64,000 bases of DNA from an uncultured virus (IMG/VR IMGVR_UViG_3300034683_000273) (IMGVR_UViG_3300034683_000273), one strand, 5' to 3'; shown: positions 19,557 to 29,390, numbered from the stretch's first letter. Translations and numbers: made by a program. Notes: generated from the letters alone by a model not told the origin.

Positions 19557-20034
19557 ACTCCTTCAATTCTTCAATCTTAGTAATGGCAATGTCTCCATAC
19601 AAACTTACTGCAATTTTATTCAAAGCAAAGTTTTTCAATCTCTTACAATGTCTTTCAGATACTTTTATTTCATACGCAATACAATACCAAGGCTGACTTC
19701 TAAAATACCGTTCCTCGATAATCTTCTTCTCCAAGTTTGTCAGCTCTTTGATTGCACGGTCTATCTTTCTTATTTTCTTCTGAGTGCTGTTTATTCTTCT
19801 TGTAAGCTCTTTTTCGCTATAAGTAATACTCGTGGCTATGTCAGATATAAAATCGCTTATTTTATAGGTTTTGGACGTCCTGATACCATCATAAGACATA
19901 GCGCCAATACCATCATTATCATCAAGACTCTCAAGCTCCTCCTGCATAGATAAAACACTTATCTTGAAACTATTGTAGTTATATAATAGAGCTTCTGTAG
20001 ATTTATAATAACTGTCAATTACCTGAATTTTCAC
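19555..20034 (-). CDS. ArpU/RinA-family late transcription activator
   Basis: Sigma-region-4-like C-terminus (IIEERYF..W..IA..SERHC.RL); upstream of terS. Confidence 0.8.
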   Translation of the reverse strand: MKIQVIDSYYKSTEALLYNYNSFKISVLSMQEELESLDDNDGIGAMSYDGIRTSKTYKISDFISDIATSITYSEKELTRRINSTQKKIRKIDRAIKELTNLEKKIIEERYFRSQPWYCIAYEIKVSERHCKRLKNFALNKIAVSLYGDIAITKIEELKE

Positions 20035-20064
20035 TCAATACCTCCCTAAAAAAGAGTCCAGGAA

Positions 20065-20211
20065 TTAATTTTCCCGGACTTCTTGAGTCTCTTTGCCATA
20101 TATATTTAACTTTTTACACCTGGTACACAAAAGCTCAATGTACCCTATTTCATGCTCGCAATCAACTTTTCCAAGAAGCTTGTTACAACTCTTGCATCTC
20201 AATTCTTGCAT
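20065..20211 (-). CDS. Com-family zinc-ribbon protein (48 aa, below ORF track cutoff)
   Basis: MQELRCKSCNKLLGK..IELLCTRCKKLN with GGAGG RBS. Confidence 0.7.
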   Translation of the reverse strand: MQELRCKSCNKLLGKVDCEHEIGYIELLCTRCKKLNIYGKETQEVREN

Positions 20212-20493
20212 TATTTCCTCCCTTGCGGTCACCTTGTCCTATCCCCATAAGTCTTAATGCTTTTGATGCTGGTAGTCTTTTGACTATAGCTATTACTAAT
20301 GCATACCAATTCTCTTCGTAGGTTATTATTTTCTCAAATTCTGTCATATCCTACTCCAATTCAGCTTTAGTGAAGCATTCCATTATCCCTTCCAACCAAT
20401 AGAGTTTATACTCTCCATAATCTGCTACTCTTATAATCTCCCTAGTGAGTTTCTCACCTCGGTATTTAACTGTTGCTAGGCTTCCTACGTGCA

Positions 20494-21012
20494 TTAGCTT
20501 TCCTCCTCTGTTTCTAACAAATCATTTCCCATTCTTAAAAGCAGCTGCATCAGACACTCTAAATCTCCATTATTGCTATATCCAACGTATCGGCTAAAAA
20601 CTCTTGGTCTTTTAAGATTGTGTCTTTGATATTGGCAATATTTTTCTGCCTCTGCTCTTGTCAGAAAATAAGCAACAGGACGATAAGTTCTTTGAACTGG
20701 GAACACTCTTATAGAGCCTTCTAATGCTTCACCCGTTTCTTCTAGTTCTATCGCTATCTCTAAAATTTCATCATCTGAAAAATCTTCTTGTTCTCTTAAC
20801 TCATCGATCAAATCATCTTTGTTTAAGTATTCTGTTTCTTCCCACAGGTAAATAATTTTGTCGTGATAGCCGTCCGGTGTTGCAATATATTCCTCCACCT
20901 CAACCACCACTATCGGCGTTCTTGTAAAATCAATCTTTCTTTCTGCGGCATAAACCTTTGCGTATTGCTTTAAAAATACTTTTTCGCTATGTGTTAAATT
21001 TATTTCCATCAC
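20494..21012 (-). CDS. Hypothetical phage protein
   Basis: 172 aa ORF with RBS; FLTRAEAEKY..RHNL motif. Confidence 0.6.
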   Translation of the reverse strand: MMEINLTHSEKVFLKQYAKVYAAERKIDFTRTPIVVVEVEEYIATPDGYHDKIIYLWEETEYLNKDDLIDELREQEDFSDDEILEIAIELEETGEALEGSIRVFPVQRTYRPVAYFLTRAEAEKYCQYQRHNLKRPRVFSRYVGYSNNGDLECLMQLLLRMGNDLLETEEES

Positions 21013-21157
21013 TCCACCTCACTTTCTACAACAGCCTTTACTTCTTTATATCCTTGCTTAATTGCTGCTGCTGCATACTTAGCCAGCTCTTTTGCGTCAA
21101 AACATTCGATCTTAGTACGATTAAAGCTTTCTTTATCCTTTAAATACAACACGTATT

Positions 21158-21550
21158 TCATTTCATTTCCTCCGTTGATTGTTTTGGTTTTTCATCTATC
21201 TCCCAGACCTCGACAACAACATCCTTCCCAGAATGAAACCGTTGCCTGATTTCCTTAACATGCTTACGATCATCATCCTCAATCAGGTACCCCTTAAGTG
21301 CATCAACGATCATTTTGGTAAGATAACCATGATTGTCACAATCAAGTTTTGAATTGTAACTGATGCAAATCCCAACTGGTTTATCAAATGGGGACCTGGG
21401 TATTTTCTGTTGCTTAAGAGAATAAAAGACAAGTTCATGAATCTCCTCAGCAATCTTCTTTCTGTTACTCCAATGCTTCCCTGAATAGATTTTATTCAAA
21501 CCGTATTGTGCATTGACCTTCAGGGGCACAACAAACCTAACAAAATCCAT
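21158..21550 (-). CDS. RusA-like Holliday junction resolvase
   Basis: LDCDN..K.IVDAL..IEDDD..V acidic motifs. Confidence 0.75.
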   Translation of the reverse strand: MDFVRFVVPLKVNAQYGLNKIYSGKHWSNRKKIAEEIHELVFYSLKQQKIPRSPFDKPVGICISYNSKLDCDNHGYLTKMIVDALKGYLIEDDDRKHVKEIRQRFHSGKDVVVEVWEIDEKPKQSTEEMK

Positions 21551-21558
21551 AGCCCCTC

Positions 21559-22449
21559 CTATAAGTTTTTTCTTGCTATTTTTTCCAGCTCCTCTTCGGA
21601 CATCTTGCTGTACTGCTGCTCAAAGTTAAGAAAAGAATTAGACTTAACCTTAGAGTTTTTAGGCAAAACAACAGACTTATCCCCTAAAAGCTTAATACCA
21701 CCATTAGCCTTCCAGTTGCTTAAGATACCTTCAACATAACTCTTCTGAACCTTTCCACGCTTTTCAGATTCAACAATGGCTTTCTTAACCCATTCAAAGC
21801 CATAGTTATTAAGAACAGCATTAATCCAATCAGCAGTAGTACCATTAACAGGAAAACCGCATTGTTGGTAGAGATTAGCTATTTCCGAAAACGACTTATC
21901 CACAGTGTTGTCCACAGTGTTATCCACAGACAAAGTACTACTACTACTATATTTACTTTCCTTTAGTTTAGTTTCTTTTAGTTTGTCAAATTCTGTATAC
22001 ATTTTTGATGTTTCTGTCAACATCATGTTTGCATTTTCTTCATTTCTGTTAACATCATGTTGACATAAAGAAAGCATAGGTTTATAGACAACAAAATCAG
22101 ACCTCACACACACGTCTTTTCTTCTTTTTGAGACATGATAGAAGTTTTCTTGAATACGCCGAGAAGTTAAAATGCCATACTTCTCGTACATCATATTGCT
22201 GAATATTTCCTTTTCGACACAGAATTCAATTAACTGATTGAGCGTTTTTACATCCTCCGAAAGCTCTTCTGCTAAAAGCAGAGCCGATTCTTCATCCCAA
22301 GCCATAAAGTAGCCTTCTTCCCTGTAGAGCGCCTGTAAAATCCTCACCCAGATCCCCAGACCTGAATTTTTAAATCTAGCCAATAAAAGTCTAACACTAA
22401 AATCAAAAGTGGTGTCGAAAGAGAAATAATCAAGTCCTTGTTTAGACAA
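21559..22449 (-). CDS. Replication initiator (DUF4373/Lin1244-like + DnaD-like domain)
   Basis: KQGLDYFSFD, GILTSRRIQ, YVEGIL.NW motifs. Confidence 0.8.
   Translation of the reverse strand: MSKQGLDYFSFDTTFDFSVRLLLARFKNSGLGIWVRILQALYREEGYFMAWDEESALLLAEELSEDVKTLNQLIEFCVEKEIFSNMMYEKYGILTSRRIQENFYHVSKRRKDVCVRSDFVVYKPMLSLCQHDVNRNEENANMMLTETSKMYTEFDKLKETKLKESKYSSSSTLSVDNTVDNTVDKSFSEIANLYQQCGFPVNGTTADWINAVLNNYGFEWVKKAIVESEKRGKVQKSYVEGILSNWKANGGIKLLGDKSVVLPKNSKVKSNSFLNFEQQYSKMSEEELEKIARKNL
21896..22061 (+). repeat. Probable phage replication origin: three DnaA boxes plus iteron pair
   Basis: TTATCCACA 21896, TTGTCCACA 21908, TTATCCACA 21920; tttctgtYaacatcatgtt at 22011 and 22043. Confidence 0.65.
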
Positions 22450-22465
22450 TCTTAAATCACTCCCT

Positions 22466-23212
22466 CTAAAACGGATACAATTCCAAGTTCAATACCAACC
22501 CAGGATCAGCAACAACAGTATCTATCCCCGTAAGCTCCTCTATTTCCCTGACCATCCTCCCAGCATCAGAATTGCCATCTGATAAATGCATAAGAACAAT
22601 TTTTCTAACAGAACTCATATCATTAGACATAAGAAACTGTTTTACATTATCAAGGCTAAAATGGGATTTTAAGAGCCTATTATGAAGCTGCTTTGGAATC
22701 AATCCATTATCAATATTTTGATACAAAATTTCAGTAATATAATTGCATTCAATAAGAATGTAATTGAGATCCTCGAACTGATACTTAAGATAAAAAGTAT
22801 CAGTGGCAAACAGGAGCTTTTCCCCTGTCTGCTTACACTGTATTAAAAACCCGGAAGGCTCAGCTGCATCATGTTGAACATCAAAAGGAAGAATATTGAA
22901 ATCAACTAAATCAAAAGGAGTTTTGGAGGAAACTATGTTTAAACGGTGATGCTTCAAATTCAACATAGCAGCTGTTCCTTGGGTGGTATAAACATCAATA
23001 CCTAAATTCATAAGCTCTAAAGCTGACTTGGCATGATCAAGGTGCTCGTGAGACAATACGCACCCTACCACATTAGAAAAATCAAATTCAAGAGCCTTTT
23101 TAATATCTTTAACACCTATTCCACACTCAAGCAGCAGTATCTTACCATCATGCTCTAATATATATAAATTGCCTTTACTGCTGCTCGAAATAACTTTAAG
23201 AACCATAATCAA
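22466..23212 (-). CDS. Metallo-beta-lactamase-fold nuclease
   Basis: SSSKGN, SHEHLDH, HD, TDT, HLS motifs. Confidence 0.9.
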   Translation of the reverse strand: MIMVLKVISSSSKGNLYILEHDGKILLLECGIGVKDIKKALEFDFSNVVGCVLSHEHLDHAKSALELMNLGIDVYTTQGTAAMLNLKHHRLNIVSSKTPFDLVDFNILPFDVQHDAAEPSGFLIQCKQTGEKLLFATDTFYLKYQFEDLNYILIECNYITEILYQNIDNGLIPKQLHNRLLKSHFSLDNVKQFLMSNDMSSVRKIVLMHLSDGNSDAGRMVREIEELTGIDTVVADPGLVLNLELYPF

Positions 23213-24108
23213 AATCCAGGATCATCATCAAAAGGACTAGTACCGTCACCTCCGAATACATCATCTTCATCAACACTAGGTTTAATCTCCAAGGCTTTAA
23301 CCTTCTCCTGCTTAAAATCAACCTTCTCCTTATTAGCCTTAGACTCAATCTCAGTCTTCATCTCAATTTCAACAACATTTCCATTCTCAACATACTCATT
23401 TTCAGAAGACTTATTAAAAGCCTCAATCAATAAATCACTATCATCAGAAGTATTAGCATACATTTTACAAGCTCTATTAATAACAGTTTTCTTAGCCATT
23501 TCCTCTGTAAAATTAAGATGAGCACCAGAATTACCCTTAGCATAACCCTGCTTCCAGGATTTATTAATCTGAGCCATGCTCATAACCTCTACATGCAAAG
23601 GACTGTTCTCACCAACAATAACCGCAAAAGCCCCTCTAATCTTTCCAATATCAATATTTTCAAACTTTGGACTAAACTTGGCAATCTTAAGAGTAGCCGT
23701 ATCAACATCAAACTCAGTCTCAAACTCATCTCCTTCATAGATGCAGTAGGCTTTTACATCCTTGACACCCTCAAGCCTCTTGGTGACAGCCACAGTTCCC
23801 ATATAAGACCGCATAAGCTGGAGCTTGTTGCCATAGACTACAAAGTAACATTGCTTCTTAGCCGGCGAAAGACCCTGTACAACCATGTCCAGCAAAGCAT
23901 TAGCCACAGTGTTTCTGTCACATGCCTCAAGGGCGAGATTCCCGTTTTTATCCTTAGTTTCCTGCAAAATCAGCCAGGCTGATTTCATAGCATTTTGAGG
24001 GCTATAATTAGGAGGAAAATGAAGCTCCCCCTTCTCCCTAAAATCCTTAATTTTACCCTCAACCACATCCACTACATCTTTCTTAATTAAGTTCAATTCG
24101 TTAGCCAT
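23209..24108 (-). CDS. recT: RecT-family single-strand annealing protein
   Basis: QGLSPAKKQCYF, RSYMG, EMAKKTVI.RA.K. Confidence 0.9.
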   Translation of the reverse strand: MANELNLIKKDVVDVVEGKIKDFREKGELHFPPNYSPQNAMKSAWLILQETKDKNGNLALEACDRNTVANALLDMVVQGLSPAKKQCYFVVYGNKLQLMRSYMGTVAVTKRLEGVKDVKAYCIYEGDEFETEFDVDTATLKIAKFSPKFENIDIGKIRGAFAVIVGENSPLHVEVMSMAQINKSWKQGYAKGNSGAHLNFTEEMAKKTVINRACKMYANTSDDSDLLIEAFNKSSENEYVENGNVVEIEMKTEIESKANKEKVDFKQEKVKALEIKPSVDEDDVFGGDGTSPFDDDPGF

Positions 24109-24118
24109 ACCTCACCTC

Positions 24119-26119
24119 CTAAGACACCTTTTTAATTTTCATACCTTCAACACAAAGCTGAGGATCCTCAGTAACAAACAAACCAATAACCTGACTATCC
24201 GAAGCCATCAATTTGTTGACCGACTCATTATTATCAATAAAAATCGGAGCTCTCACCTTAAAATGCTCACAAAGAACATTAATAATATCAATACCTGCAT
24301 TAATAGATGCAGCAGTATTTAAATCACTATAAGGGACACCATCAACAGTAGTTTCAAAGCATTCCTCTATTCCTCCATTTACCAATCTATTAAACAGTTT
24401 AAATTTAACTAGTCTAAACTTCTTATTAATGCTTTCCTCCAGGAGATTAACCTTAGTAATTACGAACTGCCCAATCAAGAACTCCTCCTGCTGAAGCTTC
24501 AATATAAGATCACTATATCTTTTCTCCTCTTCCTTAAGCTCCTTAATACGTATAAGAGATTCCTCAATAATGACCTTACTGTTCAAGGACTTATTGATAT
24601 CATTCAAGCAATTATTAAAAGTTTTCTTGTCCTCTATAAGCTTTTGCACAGCATTCCTGGAATTTAACTTCTCAAGCTCAATCTCAAGGTCTGAGACCTT
24701 TTCTTTAAGCTCTACATACTCTTGATCATATTCAGGATTAAAACCCTCAGCAATCTGTTTTTCAGCAGCCAATTCCGTATCAAGACGTCTGATATAAGGT
24801 ATTAATATTTCAAGCTCATTTTTGTTAGCTTCAAGCCTATCCGTAACCTCAGCAAGCTCCTTGTCCATTTTTGCTTTTTTGTCTTTTCTGAACTTTCCCT
24901 TGCTTTGAATGTCCTCAAGATTCTTTTTCTTACTATGCTTAAAATTTGCCCTCATTCCGGAAATCTGAGAATCAATTTCCCCCTCAGGAAGAGACTGCTT
25001 ACAAGTAGGGCAAACAAAATTATTCTTATCCGGTTCAACAAATTCTTTTCTAAACTCAATATCCCAGTCATTTCTTAAATCCTTAATATCATCATCTAAC
25101 TTTTTAACTTCTGATTCAAAATCCATAACTCTAGCTTCATCTCTTTTAATACTAGATAACAATAGCTCTTTCTTATGCAGCAGCTGATTCAATTCCTTCT
25201 CAATGCTGTTTTGCTTATGCAGCTGCTCAGTTGTAAGCTTCATCTTCAAATCAAAAAGCTTATTCTTTAAAATCGACAAGGAACTGCTTTTATCCTTAAA
25301 CTGCTGAGAAATTTCTTCCTGGCTGTTAATTCTTTCATCAATCTCCTCAATCTTTCTTTCATACAAAAGCTTATCCTGTTCAAGCTTTTTAAAATCTACA
25401 TTTTCAGGAAGCACAGGAAGATTTCTATTGATTTCATCAATCCGTATAGGTATGTTCTTAAGCTCGCTATTATACTTTTTAAGTTGGCTAGATATAATCT
25501 TCTTATGATCATCCAAGCTTCTTTGTTGCAATATTGGCAACAAAAGGTGCAGCTCCTTATTCGCATTAAGTACATCCTCATCCGATACATCACTGACTAT
25601 ACTTAAAAAAAGCTCTCTCCTCTTAGTCCAATGCATCTGAGCAGAATTAAAATACATAACATTAGTAATCAGTTTAAAAATTTCCTCATCAACTATATCC
25701 GAAATATACGAAGTATACTCTGACTTTTTAACAGGCACTTCATTAATAAAATGCTCTGTTTCATTTCCTGTAAGAGTTCTATCAGCTTCTCCTCTTTTCT
25801 TAGTCCATACTTCCCTATAAACCTTTCTAAGAAAAATACTCTTACCGTTGATTTCAAGCTCTCCTTCAACAGCATGATCCAATCCGTGAATCACTTCTCC
25901 TTTAGAATTAAAAGTCTTGATCCCAAAATCTGATCTGTAATGGCTATCCTTTCCAAAAAGAAGCCAGATAAAGGCATCAAACAAGGTAGTTTTACCAGTA
26001 GCATTAGCTCCACCGATATTGATATTGGCACCATCCGCTGCCAATTCAAAACTCTTAATTCCTTTAAAATTTTCCAATCTCAGCTTTATTAACTTTATAT
26101 CTTTCATACTTCCCTCCAT
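24119..26119 (-). CDS. SMC/Rad50-like AAA ATPase
   Basis: NFKGI, GANATGKTT, coiled coil with CPTC hook, PIFIDN.ES. Confidence 0.9.
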   Translation of the reverse strand: MEGSMKDIKLIKLRLENFKGIKSFELAADGANINIGGANATGKTTLFDAFIWLLFGKDSHYRSDFGIKTFNSKGEVIHGLDHAVEGELEINGKSIFLRKVYREVWTKKRGEADRTLTGNETEHFINEVPVKKSEYTSYISDIVDEEIFKLITNVMYFNSAQMHWTKRRELFLSIVSDVSDEDVLNANKELHLLLPILQQRSLDDHKKIISSQLKKYNSELKNIPIRIDEINRNLPVLPENVDFKKLEQDKLLYERKIEEIDERINSQEEISQQFKDKSSSLSILKNKLFDLKMKLTTEQLHKQNSIEKELNQLLHKKELLLSSIKRDEARVMDFESEVKKLDDDIKDLRNDWDIEFRKEFVEPDKNNFVCPTCKQSLPEGEIDSQISGMRANFKHSKKKNLEDIQSKGKFRKDKKAKMDKELAEVTDRLEANKNELEILIPYIRRLDTELAAEKQIAEGFNPEYDQEYVELKEKVSDLEIELEKLNSRNAVQKLIEDKKTFNNCLNDINKSLNSKVIIEESLIRIKELKEEEKRYSDLILKLQQEEFLIGQFVITKVNLLEESINKKFRLVKFKLFNRLVNGGIEECFETTVDGVPYSDLNTAASINAGIDIINVLCEHFKVRAPIFIDNNESVNKLMASDSQVIGLFVTEDPQLCVEGMKIKKVS

Positions 26120-26195
26120 ATAGTTAACCGGGAGAATTTTCCTAATCCAAAATACCTTTGTATTTTTTTGCTTATATCCTTTTTCTCCCGGCTAC

Positions 26196-26301
26196 TTGAA
26201 AATTAAAATTGTTTATGCTAAAATCATAAGTAAGTTTAAATTTTTCATACTTCCGAAAGCTTCTTAACCTCTTTCACAGGTTTGGAGCTTTCTTTCTTTT
26301 T
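26196..26301 (+). ncRNA. Candidate antisense small RNA (promoter plus terminator)
   Basis: TTGAAA-17 nt-TAAAAT with TG extension; gaaagcttc/ggagctttc hairpin and T tract about 70 nt downstream. Confidence 0.5.
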
Positions 26302-26413
26302 CCTCTTCCACATACTCAGACAGCACCCTAATAGGTTCTCCATCATTACACATGATTATAAGCCCAAGCTTATCATGCATTTTTAAAGCTCTTTCCAAAG
26401 TGATTGTCAACAT
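26264..26413 (-). CDS. Small hypothetical protein (49 aa)
   Basis: GAGGA RBS; MLTITLERALKMHDKLGLIIMCNDG. Confidence 0.5.
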   Translation of the reverse strand: MLTITLERALKMHDKLGLIIMCNDGEPIRVLSEYVEEEKERKLQTCERG

Positions 26414-26533
26414 TTTCAATATCCTCCTCTTTTAAAGTAAAAATATATTCACATTGTCTGCATTTTACGAGATATACCATTGACCAAAATTTAAAACCAC
26501 ACTCAGGACACCTAACATTGATAAATCTTCCCA

Positions 26534-26983
26534 TCAAATCAACTCCCTTGAATTATTGAGAAATATGAGACTCATTGCAGCTGCTGCTACTTCATCAAGC
26601 TTAATTAGAATCTTATTCCAATCCCTTTCCTCGAAATCAGAAACATAACCATCCATAGCAATATCAACTATTTTGTCATTCATTTTAGTTACGTCCCTTA
26701 CTTCCTTCTGCAATCTCAAAACGCATTGAGACAATTCTCCAAAGTGCAAATCCGGAAGATACCTTCCCAGGTCACTATTTTGTTTCAAATGAAGATATGC
26801 CAAGTATTTTGTGTTATATATTTTTATCATTCTATGAACCATCTCATCAGATGGCACTCTTTCGTATACCTCATAAGCTATAAGAGTCCTCCTGCTTACT
26901 CCCATCATATCTGATGCCTGTTCCTGTGTTAGCTGTGATGAAAGCCTGGCAAATTTATAAATGTTTGTGCTAGTAGTATTCAT
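26534..26983 (-). CDS. XRE-family HTH regulator
   Basis: AR..LTQEQAS..GVSRRTL.AYE. Confidence 0.8.
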   Translation of the reverse strand: MNTTSTNIYKFARLSSQLTQEQASDMMGVSRRTLIAYEVYERVPSDEMVHRMIKIYNTKYLAYLHLKQNSDLGRYLPDLHFGELSQCVLRLQKEVRDVTKMNDKIVDIAMDGYVSDFEERDWNKILIKLDEVAAAAMSLIFLNNSRELI

Positions 26984-27366
26984 TCGCCCTAACCTCCTAT
27001 TGAATTAGTATAAAAGTATGAATCAATCTTCTCTAAACATCTTCTATATGGTTCCTGCCTATCCCACATCCATACAAGCATTCTCTCTATCACTCCTTTC
27101 CTTAGAGGTGTCTTCATATAGTTGACACCTCCTCTTCCAACTCCTTTAGCCATTTTTTTAATTTGATAATGTAGCTATAGGTTTCAACGCTTTCTTCGCA
27201 AAGCTCTTCCCAGTGCTTAGTGCTTTCGTCAATTTCCTTTTTGTACTTTCTGATTAGTGTTTCGTTTATATTAGTTACCATAGTTCCTCCTTCTCGAAAA
27301 ATAAAAAAATAAAGCAGGGCAATCTTACAAGCTCGTTGATGGAACTAAGAATAAATCTGGCAAACC

Positions 27367-27846
27367 TTAGTTCCACCCCTTATTGGGGTAACCTATCAAA
27401 TATTTAATAAAATCTGGACTATATTTAAATATTTGATGTAAAGCAATAGATAAAGTATTTAGCTGCGCATCATGATTTAGTTTCAAATTATAAATTGAGT
27501 CAATAGCCTCAAGAGTTTCATGTATTAAAACTTCCTTTTCAAATTGATCCGTTAATCCTGTTGCTAATCGTATTGTTTGTTGTAAATGAGAATATTCTCC
27601 TGCGTTATTTCTTTCATGTAAAATATCTTTATCATATAAAATTTTTATTTCATAACCTGCAATTTTTATGCATTTAATAGCTTTTTCCGATTCATCTACT
27701 TCTATTACTCCACCAAGCAGCTTAATAGCCTCTTCCAAAACTTCTTTATCATGTCTGAATATACAATTAGGGTCATTCTTATCTATAAAATCATTTCTAT
27801 CACCGATTAAATCCAATAGACCTTTAATTACTTCTTCTCTTGTCAC
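27367..27846 (-). CDS. Hypothetical protein with metallopeptidase-like C-terminus
   Basis: IKIAGYEI..GEY..IRL..VLIHETLEAI (HExxE variant). Confidence 0.55.
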   Translation of the reverse strand: MTREEVIKGLLDLIGDRNDFIDKNDPNCIFRHDKEVLEEAIKLLGGVIEVDESEKAIKCIKIAGYEIKILYDKDILHERNNAGEYSHLQQTIRLATGLTDQFEKEVLIHETLEAIDSIYNLKLNHDAQLNTLSIALHQIFKYSPDFIKYLIGYPNKGWN

Positions 27847-28076
27847 ACTCTCACCTCCGCATATTGAAGCTCTACAATGTTTGAAAGGTCTGTCAAATCC
27901 TTTCCTTCCATTTTTTCTAAAAAATCCAAAAGTGCTTTACGTCTTACCTTATAGCTTCCAAGTTTTAATGCAGGAAGCAATCCACTATTGATAAGCCCGT
28001 AAACATAAGCTGGATTTGATTTTATTAGCTTGGATACTTCTTTTACTGTGTATAATACATCTTCCAAAATTTTCAC
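27843..28076 (-). CDS. Excisionase-like HTH_17 protein
   Basis: LYTVKEV..VY.LI.SG.LPALKLG..KV. Confidence 0.8.
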   Translation of the reverse strand: MKILEDVLYTVKEVSKLIKSNPAYVYGLINSGLLPALKLGSYKVRRKALLDFLEKMEGKDLTDLSNIVELQYAEVRV

Positions 28077-28080
28077 CTCC

Positions 28081-28308
28081 TTAAACTACCTTTTTAGGCA
28101 ATTCTTCTTCTTCATTTAAAAAGATTGAATCATCCTTTGTTTTGAGCACTTCTTTAATTTTTAATGCAGTCTTAAGTCCTGGTATACATCTTCCAGTTTC
28201 ATAATGTACATAGGAAGTTCTGTCTATCCCTACCTTTTTCGCAACTTGTTCTTGAGTAAGACCAAGCTCTAATCTTCTTTGTTTTAAATTTTTTCTCATG
28301 ATTATCAC
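28081..28308 (-). CDS. Cro-like XRE regulator
   Basis: LTQEQVA..GIDRTSY..YETG; short, heads the leftward early genes. Confidence 0.8.
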   Translation of the reverse strand: MIIMRKNLKQRRLELGLTQEQVAKKVGIDRTSYVHYETGRCIPGLKTALKIKEVLKTKDDSIFLNEEEELPKKVV

Positions 28309-28319
28309 CTCCTTAATTA

Positions 28320-28357
28320 TGTGGGTTATTGTAACTTTTAATAATAAGTGTTATAAT
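28320..28357 (+). promoter_or_regulatory. Sigma-A promoter with operator-like site over -35
   Basis: TTGTAA-17 nt-TATAAT with TG; tgtgggttattgtaact resembles operator at 29427-29443. Confidence 0.7.
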
Positions 28358-28363
28358 TTTCTT

Positions 28364-28730
28364 TGAGCAACTACATTCTTGGGAGGTGGTCACCTTGACC
28401 AACCTTTTGACTAATCTAGTTCCTTAGTGCAAGGCTTCGCCGGGACAAGACCCGTAAAAATGAAAAGCAGTTAATAGAAGCAACACACCAGTTGCCTATA
28501 TCGGCTTAAAACTTGCATCAACATTGCTATTGCTCAATAGCTGAATCACAACTGCTGAAGTATGTGGCAATCCTAAAGAAGCAATGGCCTGTATCGTTGT
28601 ATGTATAGGGTGGTTTGGTATCCATTCTGGAGAGAATGGTAATGCTTGACTTACTCTATCCATTGCAAGATTGTTAGGGTAAAAAACTGTGGCTTATCAG
28701 TAAACGGGTACAGGACCGTTTGCTGATATG
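28364..28730 (+). ncRNA. Candidate large structured RNA with 10-codon leader ORF (28395-28427, MTNLLTNLVP)
   Basis: No long ORF; promoter upstream; many hairpins and nested long-range helices. Confidence 0.55.
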
Positions 28731-28747
28731 GAAACCTGGAGGTTATT

Positions 28748-29134
28748 ATGAAACTAAATCCAGATTGTATTAGAGATATACTTTTGACCATTGAAGCCAA
28801 TACTGGCTATGAGTTATGTTATGAGTATCCAGCTGAAATTAATATATCGCCACTTCTATCAAAATACTCAGATGATGAAATCAGGTACCATATCTTGCAG
28901 TGTTCAAAAACTGGCTTCATAGAGCTTAAACGAGACCTGACAGACAACATGTATGTTAAAGATATCACGCCTTATGGACATGAATTTTTAGCCAATATCC
29001 GTGAAAATAGCGTTTGGAGCCAAACTAAAACTGTTGCTGGCAAAGTAGGATCTAAGTCTTTGGATGCTATTTACAAAATATCTTCTGCCGTTATCGCTGA
29101 AATAATTAAGCAAGCTATCTCTGGAAATATTTAG
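28748..29134 (+). CDS. DUF2513-like winged-helix protein
   Basis: MKLNPDCIRDILL..IRYH..ITP.GHEFLANIR...W. Confidence 0.8.
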   Translation: MKLNPDCIRDILLTIEANTGYELCYEYPAEINISPLLSKYSDDEIRYHILQCSKTGFIELKRDLTDNMYVKDITPYGHEFLANIRENSVWSQTKTVAGKVGSKSLDAIYKISSAVIAEIIKQAISGNI

Positions 29135-29350
29135 TTATACGAGCCAAACATCACACTCAGCTATGAATTTTGCTTCTGCCTTGATAGCTTCTACAATAGC
29201 CCTGTCAAGCTCTTTGTAGGTTTCTAAATGCTCAGTTTTATAGGCGCTGATACAATCTGCTCTGACTGTATCTAGTAGATCATCTCTTAGTTGATTGAGA
29301 AGCTGCATGCGTTTTAAGCAGTTTGCAGATATTAGCGTTTTTTTCGCCAC
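29135..29350 (-). CDS. Small hypothetical protein
   Basis: GGAGGTG RBS; first gene after leftward promoter A. Confidence 0.55.
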   Translation of the reverse strand: MAKKTLISANCLKRMQLLNQLRDDLLDTVRADCISAYKTEHLETYKELDRAIVEAIKAEAKFIAECDVWLV

Positions 29351-29390
29351 CCCATCACCTCCTTCCTGGGGGTTGTTAAAAATAACTATA

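Noticed and set aside
28496..28663. About 55-codon minus-strand ORF in the candidate RNA region
   Set aside because: No RBS or recognisable motif; dense base-pairing and the plus-strand promoter explain the region better
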